Shown piece after piece: positions 17,423 through 26,682 of a stretch of DNA of 64,000 bases; the first letter of the stretch is position 1; each line of letters starts with the position of its first letter. A program made the translations under genes and the position numbers. This DNA comes from a virus: the IMG/VR virus record IMGVR_UViG_3300031159_000072, positions 1 through 64,000 of that record. One strand, given 5' to 3'. The notes under the pieces are model-generated. The model did no database searches. It was given only the letters and a program-made list of their open reading frames with translations, and was not told the origin of the DNA.

Positions 17423-17528
17423 CGAAGCGCGCTCCTTGGTTCCGACGCAGCCATGTGAACGGCGAGGTAATGCACGTTCGGCAGCGTCGAGCGTTGACGA
17501 CGACGGAAGAGGGAGAGGAGTCGGCGGA

Positions 17529-17801
17529 TCACGCCGCCACCCCCAGCTCTGCGTCGAGGTGCGCCAGCTCGGGCTTCGGCGGCAGCCGCGTGGCGTCCGC
17601 GAAGACCTTGGCCTTGGCCTCGCCGAGGTTCGCGTAGGAGGCGACGCATTGATACGTGTGCAGCTCCCAATCACGTACCCACAGCCGCAGGCGGCCGTCC
17701 ACGGGCGAGCGGCGCAGGTCGGCGGTGCGGTTGATGCCGAACACGCCCCACTCGCCCTGCTTGGTCGGATGAGGCACAATGCGCAGGTTTGGATGGTTCA
17801 T
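17529..17801 (-). CDS. hypothetical protein (90 aa)
   Basis: MNHPNLRIVPHPTKQGEWGVFGINRTADL...; protein-like. Confidence 0.4.
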   Translation of the reverse strand: MNHPNLRIVPHPTKQGEWGVFGINRTADLRRSPVDGRLRLWVRDWELHTYQCVASYANLGEAKAKVFADATRLPPKPELAHLDAELGVAA

Positions 17802-17939
17802 GGTTCGTCTCCTGTCTCGTTTATGCGACGGTGACAACTTTAGACGTCTACGTCAAGCCGATAGACGTCTTTCGACGCATAAAAATGCCGACTGTGGCGC
17901 GAATGCCACAGTCGGCGCACGTCTGGGGACGTATGCGGA

Positions 17940-18188
17940 TCAGTCGGCCAGCTTGAGTTCGCTTTCGAGCCACTCGCCGCCGTCTTCATCGACGAAGACG
18001 CGCTGGCCGTTGCGCTCGACCGTGCGCTGGTTGTCCCAGTCCATGTCGGTCTCGCCGGAGTGCTGGAAGCTGAAGGTGCCGTCCGCGTTCTGCGTGGCGG
18101 TGCCCTCTTCGATGACCGCGACGCCGGGCACGGTCTCCTTCGTGCCCCAGATCGGCTTGCCGTTGGGGGCGATGAGGTTCTTGCCCAT
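17940..18188 (-). CDS. hypothetical protein (82 aa)
   Basis: MGKNLIAPNGKPIWGTKETVPGVAVIEEGTATQNADGTFSF... Confidence 0.45.
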   Translation of the reverse strand: MGKNLIAPNGKPIWGTKETVPGVAVIEEGTATQNADGTFSFQHSGETDMDWDNQRTVERNGQRVFVDEDGGEWLESELKLAD

Positions 18189-18198
18189 CCCTCCTCCG

Positions 18199-18489
18199 TC
18201 AGTGGGCGTGATAGACGCGCCGCAGGAACGTGTGCGGCACGGCGCGGAACGGGTTCCTGGCCGTGGCCACGAGCACCGTCCGCATCGGCGGCTCGTGGTT
18301 CGTCGGCGCCGGCTTGGCCGGCAGCTCGACCTCGATCGGCACGCGCCGCTCGGCGCGGGCCGACATGCGCTTCCAGAACGCCCGCGTCTTGGGGCGGACG
18401 CGCACCAGGCAGCGTCGGCAGGACTTCGTGGTCCGGCAGACGCCGAGGTTGCGGTTCGCCACTGACGCGGCGTTCGTCGTGAACTGCAT
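18199..18489 (-). CDS. small basic protein (96 aa)
   Basis: MQFTTNAASVANRNLGVCRTTKSCRRC...; Arg-rich, possibly nucleic-acid-binding. Confidence 0.35.
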   Translation of the reverse strand: MQFTTNAASVANRNLGVCRTTKSCRRCLVRVRPKTRAFWKRMSARAERRVPIEVELPAKPAPTNHEPPMRTVLVATARNPFRAVPHTFLRRVYHAH

Positions 18490-18578
18490 CGTGGTTCGCC
18501 TCCATCGCTGTTGGGGACGTGATGCGCGGGTGCGCATCGCAAGCCGTCGCCTACCTGGCGGCGGCTCACGATGAGCGC

Positions 18579-18782
18579 CTAGCGAGCGAACGGGTTGCGG
18601 CGGTGGCGCGGCGGAGTCGGTTCGTCGGCCTCGTCGGACCAGCTGCCCCTCGCGTGGTCATACGTGACGAGCCCGTGGCTGGCGGCGACGGCGCGTTCGG
18701 CGACGCGGTTCGCCGAGTAGAGCGCGGCGGTGCTGCGCAGGGGCAGGTAGGGCTTGGTCCAGTCGAAGCGCGGTCGGGACAT
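18579..18782 (-). CDS. hypothetical protein (67 aa)
   Basis: MSRPRFDWTKPYLPLRSTAALYSANRVAERAV...; GGAGG RBS 7 nt upstream. Confidence 0.5.
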   Translation of the reverse strand: MSRPRFDWTKPYLPLRSTAALYSANRVAERAVAASHGLVTYDHARGSWSDEADEPTPPRHRRNPFAR

Positions 18783-18813
18783 GGCGTGTCCTCCGTGTGT
18801 GCGTGTTGCGGAA

Positions 18814-18843
18814 CGCAAAAAGCCCGCCCCGAAGGGCGGGCTC
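18814..18843 (-). terminator. rho-independent terminator
   Basis: On the minus strand GCCCGCCC-TTCG-GGGCGGGC is followed by TTTTTGCG; lies downstream of gene 18869..19411. Confidence 0.7.
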
Positions 18844-18868
18844 TTGCGCGGTTGCGTGAGGGCGGCGC

Positions 18869-19411
18869 TTAGCGCGAGAGCGCCTGGATGAGCGAGATCA
18901 GATCGACGCCGCTGGCCTTGAGCGCGGTCGCGAGCGTCTCCACGTCGGGCGCGACCTCGGCCTTGGCGGCCTTCGCCGCCTTCGGCGGCGTGACCAGGTT
19001 CGCCTTCGCGGTCGCGAGCGCCTTCTCGGCCTTCGCGATGCGCGTAGCGTCGCCCGACGCCTTCGCGGTCGCGAGCGCCCTGGTCAGCATCGCCACCGTC
19101 GCGGCGCGCTGTGCTGGCGTGCGCTCCGCGGCGGGCGCGGCCGCCTTGGCCTCGGCCTTCGTGGCCATGCCGATGTCGGCCATCTTCGCGGCCCGGCACT
19201 CGGCCTCCGCGAAGCGAGGACCGTCGAGCTTGCAGATGGCGACCATGCCGCCTTCGGCGGGCTGGACGGGCAGGACGTGGCCCTTGCGCACCACGCCGAA
19301 GCCCGCGCCCTTGGGCAGCACGCGCAGCGGCCGAAGAGCTTCGCTCTTCACGCGGCCGTCGAGGCCGATGAAACGCACCATCGGCGAGATCGTCGAAAAC
19401 TTCGCAGTCAT
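18869..19411 (-). CDS. hypothetical protein with an Ala/Lys-rich repetitive C-terminus (180 aa)
   Basis: MTAKFSTISPMVRFIGLDGRVKSE...KAEAKAAAPAAER...AKAEKALATAKANL; the first gene of the minus-strand arm. Confidence 0.55.
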   Translation of the reverse strand: MTAKFSTISPMVRFIGLDGRVKSEALRPLRVLPKGAGFGVVRKGHVLPVQPAEGGMVAICKLDGPRFAEAECRAAKMADIGMATKAEAKAAAPAAERTPAQRAATVAMLTRALATAKASGDATRIAKAEKALATAKANLVTPPKAAKAAKAEVAPDVETLATALKASGVDLISLIQALSR

Positions 19412-19638
19412 GTCGCACCTCCGTTCGTGCGGGTTGGACCGTGGCGGACCGGCTGGCCCCGCCACGCCGCAACCCCCAACCCCTTCGGGGTTTCGCGTCT
19501 GAGGCGTTGCGGCAAGCCGTCTGGCGGCCCGATCGGCCGGCCCGGCGGCTCGCCCCGAGAGCCCCAACCCCTTCGGGGTTTCGCGCCTTCGCGCGGAGGG
19601 GGACGACAGGATCACGGCAATTCGCCAGCTTCGCTGAA
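19412..19638. promoter_or_regulatory. divergent intergenic control region between the minus-strand arm and the plus-strand packaging operon; holds two tetraloop-hairpin repeats (19478-19493, 19566-19581)
   Basis: Strand switch; no ORF; repeats CCCAACCCC-TTCG-GGGTTTCGCG x2 inside the inverted flanks GCCGCAAC...GTTGCGGC. Confidence 0.5.
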
Positions 19639-20181
19639 ATGACTACCCGAACGCTCAGAAACGCATCGGTCGTGGCCACGTTCTCGCCCGCGCAAATCGC
19701 GCATTTGCGAAGCCACGTCCTGGGCATCGTCGTGCGGACGCTCCCCTACGCGGAGGAGGTCGTCGAAGGGAAGCGGAAGTGGACGAGCGTCCAGGCGCAG
19801 GTCTGGCGCACGCTCGTGAGCAAGGTCATGCCCGACCTGAACCTGAGCTACGCTCAGGTTGACGTTACCCACAAGAACCTGACCGAACTCAGCAGAGCTG
19901 AGTTGGAGCAGATCGCCGCCGGGCTCCACGAAGTGGAGGCTGCGGCCCTTATCGAGGCAAGCGCCACCGCCGCCAAAGGCGCGGAATCCCAAGGCTCCGA
20001 GCAGCCCTCAGCCGAAACTGTGCCCGAACTGTGCCTGCCAGACGTGCCTTTGGCGCCTCCGAAGAGGCGCGTGGTTGCGCCGCATATGCGCGACCGGGGG
20101 GGCAGGGGGGAGGGCCGCCGCCGGAGTCCCGTTGTCGCCGCGCTACCTCCCCGGTCGCCCGACAATTCGGAGCAATCCTGA
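19639..20181 (+). CDS. hypothetical protein, candidate terminase small subunit (position only)
   Basis: First plus-strand gene, two genes upstream of TerL; start trimmed to MTTRTLRNAS... Confidence 0.35.
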   Translation: MTTRTLRNASVVATFSPAQIAHLRSHVLGIVVRTLPYAEEVVEGKRKWTSVQAQVWRTLVSKVMPDLNLSYAQVDVTHKNLTELSRAELEQIAAGLHEVEAAALIEASATAAKGAESQGSEQPSAETVPELCLPDVPLAPPKRRVVAPHMRDRGGRGEGRRRSPVVAALPPRSPDNSEQS

Positions 20182-20206
20182 AAACCCTGTCTCGCAGGAG
20201 AGACAC

Positions 20207-20443
20207 ATGTCCGAGATGCCCAGCAAGCTGACCCTCCAGGAGTTCGCCAAGGCGATGAGCCAGCTCGACCTGTCGAGCGTCCCCGAGGAAAAGCGCCAGT
20301 CCGCGGTCGTCGACCACTTCTGGAAGATCATGTGCGAGGCCGTGGCTACCCCAGAGAACCGCGCGGAAATCCTGCGCGAGCGGCTGCGCCGCCGCTACGC
20401 GGCGCGCACGCGGACGAAGTCCGGTCTCATTCTCCCAAGCTAA
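20207..20443 (+). CDS. hypothetical protein (78 aa)
   Basis: MSEMPSKLTLQEFAKAMSQLDLSS...; good start context. Confidence 0.5.
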   Translation: MSEMPSKLTLQEFAKAMSQLDLSSVPEEKRQSAVVDHFWKIMCEAVATPENRAEILRERLRRRYAARTRTKSGLILPS

Positions 20444-20676
20444 TGATGACCGCCATCGGATACCCCTACACCGTCGCTTCGCCGAACACGGAAGGCATCA
20501 CCTACGGCTCACCGATTCCAACGCACATCCCGCCCCACGGGCCGCTTGAGATCGCGCCGCCGCTCGTCGGCCCCTTCCCGCCCCAGCCCCAGTTCGGCTG
20601 GCTCTGCCCCGTCTGCAAGCGCGGCATCGCGCCGGACGTGAAGCACTGCGACCATGGCCATGCCCCGCCCAAATGA
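20443..20676 (+). CDS. Pro-rich small protein with C-terminal CxxC...CxH (77 aa)
   Basis: ...GWLCPVCKRGIAPDVKHCDHGH; ATGA-coupled to TerL. Confidence 0.45.
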   Translation: MMTAIGYPYTVASPNTEGITYGSPIPTHIPPHGPLEIAPPLVGPFPPQPQFGWLCPVCKRGIAPDVKHCDHGHAPPK

Positions 20677-22307
20677 CCAAGCTCTCGCGCGCCGAAGCGG
20701 CGCGCCACCTTCTGAAGGTCCGTGACGCCCAGGAATCCTTCCTCGGCTACGTCAAGCTGATGCGGCCGGACTGGGAGCACCTGCCCGACTTTCAGCTCCA
20801 GCTCATCGACGCCCTCGACAAGCTCGAGAAGGGCACCCTCAAGAACGAGAAGGGCGAGACCATCCGGCGCGTGCTCATCAACATGCCGCCGCGTCACTCC
20901 AAGTCCTCGATCGCCACCGAGCTGTTCCCGGCCTACTACATGGGCCGCAACGCCCGCCGAAAGGTGATGTCCTGCTCGTACAACGGCGAGCTGGCCGCCG
21001 ACTTCGGCGGCAAGGTCCGCGACTACGTCTGCCACCCCTTCCACTCCCAGGCGTTCCCGGACTTCACCCTGGACGACGCCAACCGCGCCCGCGACTTCTG
21101 GCGGACCAGGGAGGGCGGCCAGTACGCGGGCGTCGGTATCGGCGGCACGACGACGGGCCGCCCCGCGAACCTCCTTATTCTCGACGACCCCGTCAAATCC
21201 CGCGAGGAAGCCGAGTCCGCCACTTACCGCAACAAGACCTGGAACTACTACGTCTCCGGCCTGCTCACCCGTAAGGAGCCGCTCGGCCACGAGCGCCCCA
21301 TCGAGATCGTCATCCTGACCCGCTGGCACCCCGACGACGTCGCCGGCCGCATCATGGCCACCGACGACTGGAAGGAAGGCGCCTGGCTCCACATCAACCT
21401 GAAGGCCATCACGACCCGCCAGACGGGCGTCCAGGTCATCCGCACTCACCTGCCCGAAGACCACCCGATGTGGCTGCCCAAGGGCGCCCTCTCCAAGATC
21501 GCCCCGGCCAAGCGCTTCGTCTGGCAGGAAGAGGAGGTCGCCCTCTGGCCCGAGCGCTTCCCGCTCGAAGAACTCAAGAAGATCCAGCGCCGCGACCCGC
21601 GCGAGTTCGCCGCCCTCTACCAGCAGTCGCCTTACATCGAGGGCGGCAACATCATCAAGACGGACTGGTGGCGCTACTACAAGCCCGAGAACGCGCCGCA
21701 GTCCTTCTCCTCGATCGTCATCGCCGCCGACACCGCCTTCAAGAAGACCGAGACCGCGGACTACTCCGTGCTGCTCGTGGCCGGCCTGGCCTACGACGGC
21801 GACATGTACGTTCTCGACGTCGTCCGCGAACGCCTCGACTTCCCCGAACTCAAGCGGCGCGCGATCCTCCTCAACAACATCTGGCGCGGCAAGGGCCTGC
21901 GCGGCGTCTACATCGAAGATAAAGCCTCCGGCCAGTCCCTCATCCAAGAGCTGAAGGCGCTCTCCGGAATCTCGGTCATCCCCTACAAGGTCGTCAGCGA
22001 CAAGGTCGCGCGCATCAACTCCGTCACCCCGCTCATCGAGGGCGGCCGCGTCCTCCTGCCGGAGGACGCCCCCTGGCTCGACGCCTTCGTTCAGGAGGCC
22101 GTCGAGTTTCCGTCTGGTGCCCACGACGACCAGTGCGATGCCCTCTCGATCGCGCTCGACGTCCTGTCGCGCCAGTCCCTCTACACGCCGGACATGCTCA
22201 ACGTCCCGATCGAGGTCGGCCGCTCGCTCAACCAGACGGTCCGCAACACCCAGTCCAGCCTGCGCGCCGCCTTCAACCAGCACGCCTTTCGGGGCTGGGG
22301 GGAATAG
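20673..22307 (+). CDS. terL: terminase large subunit
   Basis: 544 aa; N-terminal ATPase region (...RVLINMPPRHSKSSIATELFPAYY..., ILDDPVK) and C-terminal RNase-H-like nuclease (VIAADTAFKKTE...YSVLLVAG..., DD...D); followed by the portal. Confidence 0.85.
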   Translation: MTKLSRAEAARHLLKVRDAQESFLGYVKLMRPDWEHLPDFQLQLIDALDKLEKGTLKNEKGETIRRVLINMPPRHSKSSIATELFPAYYMGRNARRKVMSCSYNGELAADFGGKVRDYVCHPFHSQAFPDFTLDDANRARDFWRTREGGQYAGVGIGGTTTGRPANLLILDDPVKSREEAESATYRNKTWNYYVSGLLTRKEPLGHERPIEIVILTRWHPDDVAGRIMATDDWKEGAWLHINLKAITTRQTGVQVIRTHLPEDHPMWLPKGALSKIAPAKRFVWQEEEVALWPERFPLEELKKIQRRDPREFAALYQQSPYIEGGNIIKTDWWRYYKPENAPQSFSSIVIAADTAFKKTETADYSVLLVAGLAYDGDMYVLDVVRERLDFPELKRRAILLNNIWRGKGLRGVYIEDKASGQSLIQELKALSGISVIPYKVVSDKVARINSVTPLIEGGRVLLPEDAPWLDAFVQEAVEFPSGAHDDQCDALSIALDVLSRQSLYTPDMLNVPIEVGRSLNQTVRNTQSSLRAAFNQHAFRGWGE

Positions 22308-22348
22308 CCAGGACGACCCAGGTGCCGTGTCGCCCCTAGAAAGCCCTC

Positions 22349-24262
22349 ATGCTCACCGCCTCCTCTCACTACCGCGCGCTGCCGATCCCCCTCCCAATGG
22401 AGGGCATCGTCGTCGACCTGTCCGAACACGTCGACAGGCTGCTGCGCTACGAGGACATCTCGCACCTCCTCGACGAGACCCAGGAGACGCGCATCGTCGA
22501 GTACGTGCGGGCCATGCTCAAGATGTCTTACGACCGCATCTCGAAGCGGTATGACCACTGGCGCGAGGCCGATCGCGCCCACGACGTCTACGTGCCGCCC
22601 GAGGCCACGCGCTTCCGCGAGAAGGCGGTCATCGCCGACACCCGCGCCATCGCCGACACCGTCCTGACCTACCTCATGGCGGCCTTGGCCGGCCGCAATC
22701 CGATGTTCATGTTGGAGGGGCTCAACCGCCGCTCGCGGCGCGTCGCCGCCGTCCTTGAGCGCCTGCTCCACCAGCACATGCGCCGCACCGCCGGTGAGGC
22801 GCGCCTGGCCCAGCTCCTCCTCGACTCCGTGCGCTACGGCTTTGCCCCGACCAAGATCGTCTGGGACGCCAAGTCCAACACCAACCAGATCGTGAACTTC
22901 GACCCGCGCCGGGTCTTCCCGGACCCCCGCGTCTCCTGGGGCAACTGGGACGCGATGCAATTCATCGTCTTCACCTCCTTCGCCTCCTTCGAGTCGCTGG
23001 TCCAGACGGGGCTCTACCCGAAGCTCGAGATGTACCCCGGCCTCAAGTACGTCCACGCCCCGCTCACTAGCGGCTGGGAGGCCCACCGCTGGCTGCGCGA
23101 GGAGGGCCGCGGTCTGGCCATCGACCCGGCCAAGCCCAACGAAATTCAGGCCGGCGCTCAGTACTTCTCGCTCGGTTCGGCGCGCGTCGTCGACGAAGCC
23201 TGGGTCCGCCTGTCCGGCGCTGAGATCGGCGTGCCACAGCTCCACACCGTCTGGCTCCTCGTGGCCATCATGGACGAGTCCGTCTGCATCCGGCTCCAGC
23301 TCAACCCCTACGGCCAGCAATTCCCCGTGGTCATCGGCTCGCTCTACCACGACGCCCACAAGACCTACGGCCAGTCGCTCTACGACATCCTGCTGCCGAT
23401 GCACGACCTGGCCACCTGGCTCCTGCGCTCGCGCGTCGACAACGTTCAGGCCGCCCTGAACAACCTCATCTTCGCCGACCCCACCGTGGTCTCGCTCCCG
23501 GACCTGATCGACCGCAATCCGTGGGGCATCGTGCGCACCCTGCCCGGCACCAAGGCCGGCGAGGGCTTCTTCGTGGCCCAGATCCCGGACGTCACCCGCA
23601 CGCACTGGGACGACATCGCTTCGCTCGGCGAACTCAAGCAGCGCGTCTCGGCCGCCTCGGACGCGCAGCAGGGCGTGCCGACCGCCGACGTCCGCACGGC
23701 CACCGAGATCGCCCGGCTGACCCAGCTCGGCTCGCAGCGTCTGGGCGTCCTCAGCCGCATCCTCTCGGCCACCACCATCCGCCCGATGGTGCGCATGATG
23801 GTCAGCAACATTCAGGACACCCTGGCCTACGAGGGCTCGATTCGCGTCGACCCCTACAACACGCCGGGCCTGCTCGCCTCGATGGTCGAGGACGACTACA
23901 TCGACTTCACCGTGCAAGATCTGCAAGGCGACGTCGACTACCTCGTCGTCGACGGGACACTCCCCATCGAACCCACGCGCAATGCAGAGACCTGGCTCAA
24001 CATGCTCCAGATCCTGAACAACACGGGTCTCAATATGGAGTACAAGGCCGGGCGCATCGCCGAGGAGGCGATTCGCGCCATGGGCGTCTCCGACCTTGGC
24101 CAGTTCCGCATCAGCGCCGAAGAGCGCAAGCAGGGCCTGACCCCGAGCCAGCAGATCTCGCTCCTCGAAAAGATGCGGGGCGCCTCCGTCCGCCCCGAGG
24201 ACGAGGTTCGCGCCCAGGTCGAGGCCGGAAACCTGATCCCTCTCTCCCAGGCCGGCCTCTGA
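22349..24262 (+). CDS. portal protein
   Basis: 637 aa immediately after TerL; size and position typical of a podovirus-type portal. Confidence 0.65.
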   Translation: MLTASSHYRALPIPLPMEGIVVDLSEHVDRLLRYEDISHLLDETQETRIVEYVRAMLKMSYDRISKRYDHWREADRAHDVYVPPEATRFREKAVIADTRAIADTVLTYLMAALAGRNPMFMLEGLNRRSRRVAAVLERLLHQHMRRTAGEARLAQLLLDSVRYGFAPTKIVWDAKSNTNQIVNFDPRRVFPDPRVSWGNWDAMQFIVFTSFASFESLVQTGLYPKLEMYPGLKYVHAPLTSGWEAHRWLREEGRGLAIDPAKPNEIQAGAQYFSLGSARVVDEAWVRLSGAEIGVPQLHTVWLLVAIMDESVCIRLQLNPYGQQFPVVIGSLYHDAHKTYGQSLYDILLPMHDLATWLLRSRVDNVQAALNNLIFADPTVVSLPDLIDRNPWGIVRTLPGTKAGEGFFVAQIPDVTRTHWDDIASLGELKQRVSAASDAQQGVPTADVRTATEIARLTQLGSQRLGVLSRILSATTIRPMVRMMVSNIQDTLAYEGSIRVDPYNTPGLLASMVEDDYIDFTVQDLQGDVDYLVVDGTLPIEPTRNAETWLNMLQILNNTGLNMEYKAGRIAEEAIRAMGVSDLGQFRISAEERKQGLTPSQQISLLEKMRGASVRPEDEVRAQVEAGNLIPLSQAGL

Positions 24263-24561
24263 TGCGCACGACTCCAGAACCGAGCCAGCTCGCGCGCAAC
24301 GTCGACCCAGCCGTGCGCGAATACGTCGAGGCCATCGTAGCTCAGGCCCAACAGCGCCACGCCCAGAAGATCGACCAGGTCCTCCGCGCGCTCCAGCGTC
24401 TGGAGGAGCGCCTCGTCAGGGCTGAGGCGATGGCCGACCCCCGCCGCAATGGCACGGAAGCCCTCATCAAGCAGTTCCGCAAAGACTTCGGCGACGCCAA
24501 AACGCTGGCCACCAAGGCGGCCATCCTGCGTGCGGCGCGCGCCGCCAAGCTCCTGGAGTAG
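24262..24561 (+). CDS. hypothetical coiled-coil protein (99 aa)
   Basis: TGATG-coupled to the portal; helical, Ala/Arg-rich. Confidence 0.5.
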   Translation: MRTTPEPSQLARNVDPAVREYVEAIVAQAQQRHAQKIDQVLRALQRLEERLVRAEAMADPRRNGTEALIKQFRKDFGDAKTLATKAAILRAARAAKLLE

Positions 24562-24567
24562 CAGCCC

Positions 24568-26682
24568 ATGGCCGTCACCCGTCCCACCGGAGAACAGCTC
24601 GTCTTCCACAGCTCCCTCACCGGCGATCACATCCTCGATGACTACCTCGAGGCGTGCGAGATCGGCGGCCGCCCGCTATACGAGCTGCTCAACGACATCT
24701 TCGACGGTTCCGGCAACATTGACGCGGAGAACTTCGACTTCCGTGTCGATCCCATAACCGGCGCCATCCAGTTCCGCGTCGGCGTCTACGCCGACCCCGC
24801 TGACGGCTGGCGCGACACCGGCGACTACTTCCTGCGCGTGCGCGGCGGCTGGGCGCCCAACACGGACTACGCGCGCACCGACGCCGTTACCCACAACAAC
24901 ACCTTCTGGATCGCCAAGGTCGAACACCGCAGCGGCGGCATTTTCGACGAGTCCAAGTGGGTGATGGTCCTCGACGAAAGTCCGCTGTTTCAGGCCGTCG
25001 ATGACGCACAGCAAGCCGCGGTCGATGCCCAAAGCGCCGTTCTTGCCGTTACTGGCGCCGTCAACATCCCGGCCCAATCCTGGATCGCCGACGGCGTCGA
25101 AACCACTTTCACGCCGGCCCTGCCGCCCAGCTCGGCGGCCGCCTGCCTGGTCACGGTCGACAACGTCGTCCAGGAGCCGGATGTCGCCTACACGCTCCAG
25201 AACGGCTCGATCGTCTTCGCCACGCCGCCGCTTGCCGGCCAGAAGATCACGCACCGCTTCCTTGGCGGCGCCTCCCCGACGCTGGCCGGTCTCGACGACG
25301 TCGAGATCACGAACCCGGCCGGCGGCCAAGCTCTGGTCTACAACGCCGTCACCGGCAAATGGGAAAACTCCTCGACGGGTGGCGGCGGCGGCAACGCCTT
25401 CGGTGTCATTCGCGTCACAGGCCAGTCCGACGTCAATGCCGACGGCCCGACGGACATTCTGACGCTTAGGGCAGTCGGCGGCATCTCCATCACCACCAAC
25501 CCGGAGAACGACGAGATCACGTTCGCCGTTTCCGGCACAGTGGCCAGCGTCTTCGGTCGCAGCGGCATCGTCACCGCGCAAGCGGGCGACTACAACGCCT
25601 CCCAGATCAGCGTCGCGCCCGCCGGCAACATCGCCGCCACGAACGTCCAGGCCGCGCTCGAAGAGCTGGACGCCGAGAAGCCGAATACCGCCGACGTCGC
25701 CCCGATCTCCCACGTCGGCGCCGGTGGCGCCGCGCACGCGGAGGCCACGCCGGCCACCGCCGGCTTCATGTCGGCCGCAGACAAGGCCAAGCTCGACGGC
25801 ATCCCCTCGGACGCCGAGGCCAACCAGAACGCCTTCACCACCGTCGCCGTCCCCGGCCAGTCGCCCGTCGTGGCCGACGCCAAGACGGACACGCTCACCC
25901 TGGCCGCCGGCGAGAACGTCACGATCACCACGGACCCGGCCACCGACACCATCACGATCTCCGCGGCGGGCGGTCCGGGAGGCGGTGGCGCGTCTTCGCT
26001 CGACGACCTCACGGACGTCGCGGTTGACTCGCCGGCGACCGGCCAGACGCTGCGCTACAACGGCACCCAGTTCGTCAACGCCCGCCTCCTGGTCAACGAC
26101 CTTTCGGACGCCGCCGTCGTCACGGGCAACGAAGGCGACATGTTCGCGGTTGTTGGCGGCGCCGTCGTCAACCGCACCCCGGCCCAGGTTCGCGCCCTGC
26201 TCGCCGTCGAGCCGGGCACCAACGTGGCCCCGCAATCCCATGTCGGTGCGGGCGGCGCGGCCCACGCGCTGGCCAGCACAAACTCCGCCGGCTTCATGTC
26301 GCCTGCCGACAAGACCAAGCTCGACAGCCTGGCCTCTGGCAGCCCGTTCGACATTGCGATCCAGGTGGGCGGCGCCCCTGCCGCTGACAGCGCCATCCTG
26401 ACCTTCATCTACCCGCGATCCGTCAACTATGCGGACGACTTCGCCGGCAGCTTTGGTAAGGCGCGCGTTGCGGCCACCGGGCTCACCCAATTCGCCATCC
26501 GCAAGAATGGCGTAGCTGTCGGGATCATGCAGTTCGCCGCCAGCTCTACGGAGGCCACCTTCTCCACCACCGGAGGGGCGGTGAGCTTTTCTGCCGGAGA
26601 CACGATCGAGATCGTCGCGCCGGCCACGCCAGACGACACGCTGGCGGACATCTACCTGACCCTGGCTGGAGCGCGCGCCTGA
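24568..26682 (+). CDS. tail-fibre-like structural protein with an internally duplicated motif
   Basis: 704 aa, Gly/Ala/Thr-rich; the motif ...ISHVGAGGAAHA..AGFMS.ADK.KLD... occurs twice (~aa 376 and ~aa 556). Confidence 0.55.
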   Translation: MAVTRPTGEQLVFHSSLTGDHILDDYLEACEIGGRPLYELLNDIFDGSGNIDAENFDFRVDPITGAIQFRVGVYADPADGWRDTGDYFLRVRGGWAPNTDYARTDAVTHNNTFWIAKVEHRSGGIFDESKWVMVLDESPLFQAVDDAQQAAVDAQSAVLAVTGAVNIPAQSWIADGVETTFTPALPPSSAAACLVTVDNVVQEPDVAYTLQNGSIVFATPPLAGQKITHRFLGGASPTLAGLDDVEITNPAGGQALVYNAVTGKWENSSTGGGGGNAFGVIRVTGQSDVNADGPTDILTLRAVGGISITTNPENDEITFAVSGTVASVFGRSGIVTAQAGDYNASQISVAPAGNIAATNVQAALEELDAEKPNTADVAPISHVGAGGAAHAEATPATAGFMSAADKAKLDGIPSDAEANQNAFTTVAVPGQSPVVADAKTDTLTLAAGENVTITTDPATDTITISAAGGPGGGGASSLDDLTDVAVDSPATGQTLRYNGTQFVNARLLVNDLSDAAVVTGNEGDMFAVVGGAVVNRTPAQVRALLAVEPGTNVAPQSHVGAGGAAHALASTNSAGFMSPADKTKLDSLASGSPFDIAIQVGGAPAADSAILTFIYPRSVNYADDFAGSFGKARVAATGLTQFAIRKNGVAVGIMQFAASSTEATFSTTGGAVSFSAGDTIEIVAPATPDDTLADIYLTLAGARA

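Noticed and set aside
10335-19581. The tetraloop hairpins as intrinsic terminators
   Set aside because: Neither strand has a U-tract after the stem, unlike the four hairpin+T-tract terminators annotated at 18814, 32842, 34313 and 63171.
18579-19727. A 382-aa minus-strand ORF spanning 18579-19727
   Set aside because: Only the last 67 aa (18579..18782, GGAGG RBS) look protein-like. The remainder is an Arg/Gly/Ala-rich read-through overlapping the better-supported gene 18869..19411 and the terminator.
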